Virus record (IMG/VR): IMGVR_UViG_3300029179_000009
Span: 1-41,200 of that record
Length of the DNA: 41,200 nt
Direction: 5' to 3' (one strand)
Origin: a virus
Taxonomy: Duplodnaviria; Caudoviricetes
Position numbers and translations under genes: made by a program. Positions within the stretch are counted from its first letter, which is position 1, and each line of letters opens with the position of its first letter. This document shows, piece after piece, positions 9,616 to 15,687 of this stretch. Below the pieces are notes generated by a model, which was not told where the DNA came from, did no database searches, and saw only the letters and a list, made by a program, of their open reading frames with translations.

Positions 9616-11373
9616 ATGCGTAAAACTGAAAGTCAACAAATCGAGTCCCTGAAAGGGGACTTCGTGTTATTCCTCTTTGTGTTATGGCGAGCATTAAACT
9701 TGCCTAAGCCAACCAAGTGCCAGATTGATATGGCCAGAACGCTCCAGAACCACGGACAGCGGCGATTCATCTTGCAGGCATTCCGAGGTATTGGTAAGTC
9801 GTTCATCCTCTGTGCGTTCGTTGTGTGGACGCTATGGCGTGACCCTCAAAAGAAGATTCTTATCGTGTCTGCCTCTAAGGAACGTGCGGATGCTAACTCA
9901 ATCTTCGTGAAGCGTATCATTTCGTTGCTACCTTTCCTGAGTCACCTGAAGCCTAAGGCTGACCAGCGAGACTCTGTGCTGTCCTTTGATGTTGGCCCTG
10001 CGAAGCCTGACCACTCACCTAGTGTGAAGTCTGCGGGTATCACAGGTCAGATTACCGGTAGTCGTGCTGATATTATCCTTGCGGATGACATTGAGACTCC
10101 TAACAATTCAGCCACTCAGTTAGCCCGTGAGCGTATTGGTGAGCTGGTGAAGGAATTCGATGCGGTACTGAAGCCTGATGGCATCATCATCTACCTGGGG
10201 ACACCTCAGTGTGAAATGACTCTGTACCGTGAGTTAGAGAACCGTGGGTATACCACTACAATCTGGCCTGCTCGTTATCCTCGTGATAAAGCCGATAGGG
10301 AGTCCTATGGCGACCGCTTAGCGCCTATGCTTGCTGCTGAGTACGATGATAACCCTGAAGCCTTTGCGTGGCTCCCATGCGACCCTGTGCGCTTTGATGA
10401 TACAGACCTGAAGGAACGTGAGTTGTCATACGGTAAGGCTGGCTTTGCGTTGCAGTTCCAGTTAAACCCTAACCTGTCTGATGCTGAACGTTACCCATTA
10501 CGTCTGCGTGACTTCATCGTTGCTGACACAGGAACGGATAAGGCTCCATTAACGTACCAGTGGCTTCCTAACCCTGCGAACCTCACTCAGAATGTCCCAG
10601 TAGTGGGTCTGAAGGGAGATGTCTTCTACGGCTTCCACAGTGCGGATAATCGTGTGTCTTCCTTTACCGCTAAAATCATGGCGATTGACCCTAGTGGTCG
10701 TGGTAAAGATGAAACCGGTTATGCTGTCCTGTACTTCCTCAATGGGTATATCTACCTGATGGAGACTGGTGGCTTCCGTGGTGGTTATGAAGATGCAACC
10801 TTGGAGTTACTCGCTAAGAAGGCCAAGCAGTGGAAAGTCAATGAGGTACTCGTAGAGGGTAACTTCGGTGATGGTATGTTCCTTAAAATCTTCAGTCCTA
10901 TTCTGACTAAGCATCATTACTGCACTCTGACTGAAACCAAGTCCAAGGGTCAGAAGGAAGTCCGTATTGCTGATACCTTAGAGCCTGTACTCGGTGCTCA
11001 CCGCTTGGTGGTTACTCCTAACGCTATCGTTAAGGACTACCAGACAGCACGGAATACAGATGGACAGCTCGATGTGAAGTACTCTCTGTTCTACCAACTG
11101 TCTCGACTTACTCGTGACCGTGGCGCATTGGCCCATGATGACCGTCTGGATGCCTTTGCCATTGGGGTGGCACACTTTGTTGAGTCACTAGAGAAAGACG
11201 CTGAGAGAGGCGCACAGGAGCTTACAGAGGACTGGCTGATGGAACAACTGGATGAAGACAGGATTCACCACCAGATGCGTGATGTTATCGTCAATAACGG
11301 TAGCATGGAGATTAACCTTGGATATGACGATTGGTCTGCCTTCGAGGGTGTCTCTTTGTGTAGCTGGGACTAA
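9616..11373 (+). CDS. gp19: Terminase large subunit
   Basis: [11 protein letters not shown] Walker A, ILADD Walker [13 protein letters not shown] and HDDRLDA nuclease motifs; ATG after AAGGAGG. Confidence 0.97.
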   Translation: MRKTESQQIESLKGDFVLFLFVLWRALNLPKPTKCQIDMARTLQNHGQRRFILQAFRGIGKSFILCAFVVWTLWRDPQKKILIVSASKERADANSIFVKRIISLLPFLSHLKPKADQRDSVLSFDVGPAKPDHSPSVKSAGITGQITGSRADIILADDIETPNNSATQLARERIGELVKEFDAVLKPDGIIIYLGTPQCEMTLYRELENRGYTTTIWPARYPRDKADRESYGDRLAPMLAAEYDDNPEAFAWLPCDPVRFDDTDLKERELSYGKAGFALQFQLNPNLSDAERYPLRLRDFIVADTGTDKAPLTYQWLPNPANLTQNVPVVGLKGDVFYGFHSADNRVSSFTAKIMAIDPSGRGKDETGYAVLYFLNGYIYLMETGGFRGGYEDATLELLAKKAKQWKVNEVLVEGNFGDGMFLKIFSPILTKHHYCTLTETKSKGQKEVRIADTLEPVLGAHRLVVTPNAIVKDYQTARNTDGQLDVKYSLFYQLSRLTRDRGALAHDDRLDAFAIGVAHFVESLEKDAERGAQELTEDWLMEQLDEDRIHHQMRDVIVNNGSMEINLGYDDWSAFEGVSLCSWD

Positions 11374-11430
11374 ATGTTAACGCAAATGTTATCAGAAAGA
11401 CCCATTTGTTAAGCAAAATGAGGTGTTCTG

Positions 11431-11453
11431 AATAAACCATCACAATAGGATAA
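11431..11453 (+). promoter_or_regulatory. Phage RNAP promoter near the right genome end (phiOR-like)
   Basis: AATAAACCATCACAATAGGATAA in non-coding DNA after terminase. Confidence 0.9.
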
Positions 11454-11464
11454 GAGCCTATGAT

Positions 11465-11517
11465 AGACCCTAAGATATACATAATGTCTATAACATTAAG
11501 TCTATGTCTTAGGGTCT
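11465..11517. repeat. Inverted repeat downstream of the phiOR-like promoter
   Basis: AGACCCTAAGATATA ... TATGTCTTAGGGTCT, 15-bp arms with one mismatch. Confidence 0.75.
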
Positions 11518-11709
11518 TCCTTTCTGTCTTTACTCTGTTGATGATAATTATCCTCGTAAGAGGTAATCAAGACTCTCTGCCTATCCGTTAAGACTGTGAC
11601 TTCGCACCGCTATGGTATCGCTATCACTCTACCATAGCATTTCACTTTGTATACCACTTTGTGTACTAACCTTCAGTAATCTAGGGTCTAACCTTTAGGG
11701 TCTTGGCTT

Positions 11710-12048
11710 CCTTATGTTGTTAACCTTATGTTATGTACCTTATGAAAAAACATTAAGAAAATCTGAGAGGGTATCTCATAGTTCAAGACTTTGAGTTATC
11801 CCCCGTAGCCCTCTCCTTATGTCTAACTCTCGGAACCTACTTTACCTTGTGGTGAGCCTTATGTCAATACATTTGGTGGTATCATTTTGTGTACTCGTTA
11901 GGTGATACATCTAAGTCTGCCCATCTGTATGTAAACCCTTATGTACACTCCTTATGATTATCCTTTCGTTACTCCTATTGACTCTGCCTACATAATGTTA
12001 TACTCAAAGACTATTCATTATATCCAGACCTTATGCCAGTACCTTATG
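11710..12048 (+). repeat. Nine dispersed CCTTATG heptamers around and within the terminal repeat
   Basis: Copies at 11710, 11724, 11738, 11815, 11857, 11937, 11950, 12029, 12042; analogous to the T7 CCTAAAG end repeats. Confidence 0.8.
11774..11922 (+). repeat. Predicted direct terminal repeat (collapsed to one copy); physical genome start about 11774
   Basis: AAAATCTGAG..TA|TCTCATAGTTCAAG matches the recalled T3 left end; right boundary inferred from ATCTGT (concatemer-junction-like) at 11923. Confidence 0.6.
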
Positions 12049-12069
12049 ACCACTGTATAAATAAACATG

Positions 12070-12098
12070 TTTACTTTAAAATTTAGGTGGTATAGTAT
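12070..12098 (+). promoter_or_regulatory. Host sigma70 early promoter (A1-like)
   Basis: TTTACT-17bp-TAGTAT with an AT-rich upstream region; downstream ATCGA start like T7 A1. Confidence 0.6.
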
Positions 12099-12202
12099 GC
12101 TCCACATCGAAGGGAAACACGGGATGACCCGCTAATAGTACCTAAGATAACCGGAGTCAACCGGATAAGTAGACAGCCTGTAAGTCGTGTGAAAAACAGG
12201 TA

Positions 12203-12231
12203 TTGACAAGCAAGATAAGATACACTAAGAT
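12203..12231 (+). promoter_or_regulatory. Host sigma70 early promoter (A2-like)
   Basis: AAAAACAGGTA-TTGACA-17bp-TAAGAT, closely matching T7 A2. Confidence 0.9.
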
Positions 12232-12291
12232 ACACCACATCGAGACAGCGTTCAGGTCTCAATCACAAATAGTTAAATTGGAGTCTTGACA

Positions 12292-12435
12292 ATGTTCAAG
12301 TTAAAAAGTAAAGTAATGCCGATTCACAATGCTTCTGGTCACACCGTATGTACTCCTGATGGGTTCGCTCTGAAGGCACGTTGTGAGCGACTGAAGCGTG
12401 AACTTAAAGCAAACCGAGCCTTGACAGGCGTTTAA
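12292..12435 (+). CDS. gp0.6: T7 gp0.6-like early protein (47 aa)
   Basis: VMPIHNASGHTVCTPDGFALKARCERLKRELKANR versus T7 VMPIHTSNGATVCTPDGFAMKQRIERLKRELRINR; GGAG RBS; not in the ORF track. Confidence 0.8.
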   Translation: MFKLKSKVMPIHNASGHTVCTPDGFALKARCERLKRELKANRALTGV

Positions 12436-12449
12436 GGTTACATTAAGCT
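12421..12449 (+). promoter_or_regulatory. Host sigma70 early promoter (A3-like)
   Basis: TTGACA-17bp-TAAGCT. Confidence 0.6.
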
Positions 12450-12524
12450 ACACGGCAACACTTACTCCTTAAGTTGAACCACACAACTGCAAATGTGGTC
12501 GGAGCGATAAAACTGTCTCCTAAA

Positions 12525-12540
12525 GTTCTTTAACAATTTG
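12525..12540 (+). promoter_or_regulatory. boxA antitermination-like element
   Basis: GTTCTTTAACAATTTG versus rrn boxA GCTCTTTAACAATTT; in the early leader as in T7. Confidence 0.7.
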
Positions 12541-12588
12541 GATAAAGATGCTGATTAGTGCTGAATAGAGCTTGACAGTGAACTCACC

Positions 12589-12642
12589 TAGTGTTTAACT
12601 AGAGGTCATTCGCTTAATGAGTGGCCTCACCGATAACCACTA
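12589..12642 (+). promoter_or_regulatory. RNase III stem (R0.3-like)
   Basis: GAGGTCATTC-loop-GAGTGGCCTC with extended flanking pairing. Confidence 0.8.
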
Positions 12643-12663
12643 ACTAACCATGAGGAAACCGTT

Positions 12664-13170
12664 ATGTCTACCATTATCACTCACCTGATGCAAACTAAGT
12701 TCACTGTGATTGGTTCTGCTTCACGCTCTAGCAATACAGCTCACGTTAACATGATGCGTCACGCTGAGATGATGGGCTTGCTGTCCTCTGCTGTACCTGC
12801 ATCCTTGCGTCATACCATTCAGCCAGTCACTGGGTTTTATCAAGAGGCTGACATGACTCATGACCCTGCTGATTGGGAAAAGTGCTTTGAGTCCTCTGTG
12901 ATGTTCGGTGTAGACTCTGAGCAGCACTTAGCGTTAACCGTGCGTCTGTTCTGTTCAACGTACCAGCAAGATTGTGTACTGGTTCAGGATAACGATACCG
13001 GTGAAATCACTTTGCGTCACCCTGATTGGGAGCAGTCAATTGGTACTAAATGGCGCAAGTACTCTGGGATTAACGTGATGGATTCCAACGCTATGGCTGA
13101 TTTTGTGTCTGGTCATAACGCTTTTACTATCCTGCCTTGCCGTACAATCCTTGAGGTGGTCGCACAATGA
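12664..13170 (+). CDS. gp0.3: S-adenosylmethionine lyase (SAMase), T3 gp0.3-type anti-restriction protein
   Basis: SA.RS....VNM.RH, G.Y.EA and C...QQDCVLV motifs as in T3 SAMase; early position. Confidence 0.88.
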   Translation: MSTIITHLMQTKFTVIGSASRSSNTAHVNMMRHAEMMGLLSSAVPASLRHTIQPVTGFYQEADMTHDPADWEKCFESSVMFGVDSEQHLALTVRLFCSTYQQDCVLVQDNDTGEITLRHPDWEQSIGTKWRKYSGINVMDSNAMADFVSGHNAFTILPCRTILEVVAQ

Positions 13171-13229
13171 AAAACTGGCACGTAGTCGCTATGTTTGCAA
13201 TCGCTCTGCTGTCTTGTGTTAACTGGTAA
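13167..13229 (+). CDS. Possible 20-aa hydrophobic peptide with lipobox-like LLSC
   Basis: GAGGTG RBS; ATGA overlap with the SAMase stop; MKNWHVVAMFAIALLSCVNW. Confidence 0.4.
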   Translation: MKNWHVVAMFAIALLSCVNW

Positions 13230-13244
13230 ATAGGAGTCAACCTA

Positions 13245-13517
13245 ATGGCAACAACGCACACCCAACTGATGACTACCAATACTTACTTGGTGCCTCAATA
13301 TACCAACTTGTGGCAGTCCTTTGAGTTAACAACCAGTAAGCCGGAGATTGTTACTCTGGCACTCTGGGAGCACGTTGAGCAAGTCAAGATGTATCGCGAT
13401 AAGACTGTGATTCAGTTCAAACGTGGCGGTACACTTGAGGATGTATCCAAGTATTTCGCTCTGCTGCTGAGTCCTACCTATCTGGAAAACGTAGATTTCA
13501 CACTCAAACAACTGTAA
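13245..13517 (+). CDS. Hypothetical early protein
   Basis: 90 aa, AGGAG RBS. Confidence 0.7.
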   Translation: MATTHTQLMTTNTYLVPQYTNLWQSFELTTSKPEIVTLALWEHVEQVKMYRDKTVIQFKRGGTLEDVSKYFALLLSPTYLENVDFTLKQL

Positions 13518-13530
13518 GGAGTAACACGCT

Positions 13531-13671
13531 ATGTCTAACCCAACCACTTCTAAGATTTACTGCGAAGACATCTGCAACTTCATGGAGTGCATCGCTAAGC
13601 TAACCCGCTCTGGTATCGTCTTCAAGGCGTGGACTGATAGTCTAATCATTGAGTTAACAGGAGGTTACTAA
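13531..13671 (+). CDS. Hypothetical early protein (46 aa, ends LTGGY)
   Basis: AAGGAG RBS; fills the gap between neighbours; not in the ORF track. Confidence 0.65.
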   Translation: MSNPTTSKIYCEDICNFMECIAKLTRSGIVFKAWTDSLIIELTGGY

Positions 13672-13869
13672 ATGTCTACTCGCACAGAAAAGAAACGTTT
13701 AATTAAGCAGTGTATCATGGTAGGTGCCTATGGTGGTAACGTCCTAACGGCTAACAAGGGGGTGGCCTACCAATTACCAGCACGTAAGGTTAAACAGATT
13801 AAGTCTGAAATCCGAGCGTACTTGACAGGTAATCAATCACTGGTTACGTTAATGAACAAATTAGCCTAG
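13672..13869 (+). CDS. Hypothetical basic early protein
   Basis: 65 aa, AGGAGG RBS. Confidence 0.7.
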   Translation: MSTRTEKKRLIKQCIMVGAYGGNVLTANKGVAYQLPARKVKQIKSEIRAYLTGNQSLVTLMNKLA

Positions 13870-13916
13870 TGTTTAACTCAAGGTTGCCACTTGCTGGTAG
13901 CCTTTATGATAACCAC
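13868..13916 (+). promoter_or_regulatory. RNase III stem upstream of the kinase gene
   Basis: ACTCAAGGTTGCCA-loop-TGGTAGCCTTTATGA. Confidence 0.8.
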
Positions 13917-13924
13917 TTTCCCTG

Positions 13925-13947
13925 AATAAACCATCACAATAAGAGGA
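13925..13947 (+). promoter_or_regulatory. Phage RNAP promoter-like site in the early region
   Basis: AATAAACCATCACAATA|AGAGGA; perfect binding region but A at +1. Confidence 0.7.
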
Positions 13948-13955
13948 CACACCTG

Positions 13956-14678
13956 ATGGAAAACAAACTGACCTACTCCGAGCTGATTACCCTAGCGTAT
14001 AACACTGCAATGGCTGCTGGTCTGAGTGTAGACCCTGAGAAATGCGTGAAGTATGCCACAGGCTGGGAAACCTTCTGCGAAATGATGACTGCTGAGGACT
14101 TCTACCTGCAAGGCACTGGTCACTTCTCTGCTGTCTTCGGACACAAGTCACACCCTGACCTAGCCTTTAAGTTCGGCTTTAAGGTTGAAGACTCTGGGTC
14201 TGCTTACGCTGCATGGTGTCGTCAGCAGCACGAATCGGGTAACGGTAATGTCCATATCCCAATGATTCACCATATCGAGCGTAACAAGCTGTTTTACTCT
14301 GTGGTAATGCCACGGTATCGCCCACTGGTTGCCGTTTGTCCTGAGATTGTGGATGAAGATGGGGACATTAAGCATTGGACGATTGAGGCTCACGCTAGTA
14401 ACGTTCTGGATTACATGGTGAACGGCTACTTTACGGAATACCACGAGGTGGTTAAGTTCGTTAATGATTGGGTAGAAGATGAAGACCAAAGTGCTGAGAG
14501 TGTTCACGTTACGAATGAACTCAAGCGGGACACTGTATTCTTGACCTTACGCCGTATCAATAAGCACTTCCGTGGTCTGGCAACGTTTGACCTTCACGAT
14601 GAAAACTACATGTTCGACCAACATGGTAACATTGTGATTACAGACCCTGTGTCCTACACTGAGGCCGCTGGCCAATGA
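13956..14678 (+). CDS. gp0.7: Ser/Thr protein kinase, T7 gp0.7-like (kinase domain only)
   Basis: GTGHFSAVFGH, K.GFK.EDSG.AY.A.CR, FDLHDENYM and ITDPVS motifs. Confidence 0.9.
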   Translation: MENKLTYSELITLAYNTAMAAGLSVDPEKCVKYATGWETFCEMMTAEDFYLQGTGHFSAVFGHKSHPDLAFKFGFKVEDSGSAYAAWCRQQHESGNGNVHIPMIHHIERNKLFYSVVMPRYRPLVAVCPEIVDEDGDIKHWTIEAHASNVLDYMVNGYFTEYHEVVKFVNDWVEDEDQSAESVHVTNELKRDTVFLTLRRINKHFRGLATFDLHDENYMFDQHGNIVITDPVSYTEAAGQ

Positions 14679-15085
14679 TTACAGCGTGTATCCTAGCGTT
14701 AACCTTGAACGTCTACCACGAAGCCCGTGGGGAGCCTCTGGCTGGCCAATATGCGGTAGCTGAGGTGACGATGAACCGAGTAGCCAGCAAGCATTACCCT
14801 GATGACTGCCGCGAGGTGGTCACTCAAAGGAAACAGTTTAGCTGGACAAATGGTAAAAACCTTGATAGTCTACCCGCATTGCTTCAACACCAAGCTGACC
14901 TACTGGCTAACATGAAGCCACAAGATGTTGAATCTTATCGGAAAGCTGAGAAGGTGGCACGTAGTGTACTAGCTGATGGATACAAACCCAAGGCTAAACA
15001 CCTTATGTTTCATACCACTAAGATTAAACCCTACTGGTCACACGGAAAGAGCGGCGTAGTGATTGGTAGCCATAAGTTTTACTGA
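14675..15085 (+). CDS. SleB/Hydrolase_2-family cell wall hydrolase
   Basis: LNVYHEARGEP..GQ.AVA.V.MNRV, QFSW and IGSH.FY motifs. Confidence 0.9.
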   Translation: MITACILALTLNVYHEARGEPLAGQYAVAEVTMNRVASKHYPDDCREVVTQRKQFSWTNGKNLDSLPALLQHQADLLANMKPQDVESYRKAEKVARSVLADGYKPKAKHLMFHTTKIKPYWSHGKSGVVIGSHKFY

Positions 15086-15101
15086 TAGCAGGATGATAAT
15101 T

Positions 15102-15221
15102 ATGAACATTTTTGAGTATGCGATAGCCTTGGCTGGATTCTACGGTGTCTTCTGTTTCTTCTTTGCGGAGCTACTCCATGATAAGCTGGGGATTCGCATG
15201 TGGGGATGGCACTCTGAATAA
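15102..15221 (+). CDS. Small membrane peptide (39 aa)
   Basis: AGGA RBS; one hydrophobic helix; stop codon lies inside the next promoter. Confidence 0.5.
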   Translation: MNIFEYAIALAGFYGVFCFFFAELLHDKLGIRMWGWHSE

Positions 15222-15239
15222 ACCATCACAATAGGGAAG
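15217..15239 (+). promoter_or_regulatory. Phage RNAP promoter followed by AT-rich repeats; candidate replication origin
   Basis: AATAAACCATCACAATAGGGAAG then GACCC and tandem ACATTAAGTCTA. Confidence 0.88.
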
Positions 15240-15301
15240 ACCCTAAGTCTCTATAACATTAAGTCTATAAACATTAAGTCTACACTTTAAGAGGCAAGAT
15301 T

Positions 15302-15604
15302 ATGAGTAATGATTATATTATCATCAACACCGGTAAGCGTGGCCGTCCAGTGCAATACTCACCAAGTGGCCGAGCTTCACGACCTGACCTAATGGTTTGG
15401 CCAGAGTTGAAACTTACGGGTCATAAATACTACTTCACAGGCATCCCTTGTAAACGTGGTCACATTGATAAGCGTAACCACCGAGGGGAGTGCATGTCGT
15501 GTAACCTTCTGTCTTCAATGGCATACAAAGAGACACCTACAGGTTGGGACAACCACCTTCGACACATGCGGGAGTACCAGAAACGACTCCACGATAACGC
15601 CTAA
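15302..15604 (+). CDS. Putative Zn-binding protein resembling the N-terminal module of phage HNH endonucleases
   Basis: YFTGIPCKRGH..KR...GECMSC motif; no HNH catalytic domain visible. Confidence 0.6.
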   Translation: MSNDYIIINTGKRGRPVQYSPSGRASRPDLMVWPELKLTGHKYYFTGIPCKRGHIDKRNHRGECMSCNLLSSMAYKETPTGWDNHLRHMREYQKRLHDNA

Positions 15605-15650
15605 GGTTTATACTCAAGGTCATTTACTAAGTGGCCTTTATGAATAAACC
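15605..15650 (+). promoter_or_regulatory. RNase III stem upstream of RNAP (R1-like)
   Basis: GGTTTATACTCAAGGTCATT-loop-AGTGGCCTTTATGAATAAACC. Confidence 0.85.
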
Positions 15651-15665
15651 ATCACAATAGATAAC
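15643..15665 (+). promoter_or_regulatory. Phage RNAP promoter immediately upstream of the RNAP gene
   Basis: AATAAACCATCACAATA|GATAAC. Confidence 0.75.
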
Positions 15666-15687
15666 CACCAACAAGGAAACCAACACA

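Noticed and set aside
12286-12600. Additional sigma70 promoters at TTGACA 12286 and 12572 (also 13822)
   Set aside because: The -10 hexamers (TAAAGT, TTAACT, TACGTT) are weaker; possible but not supportable without TSS data
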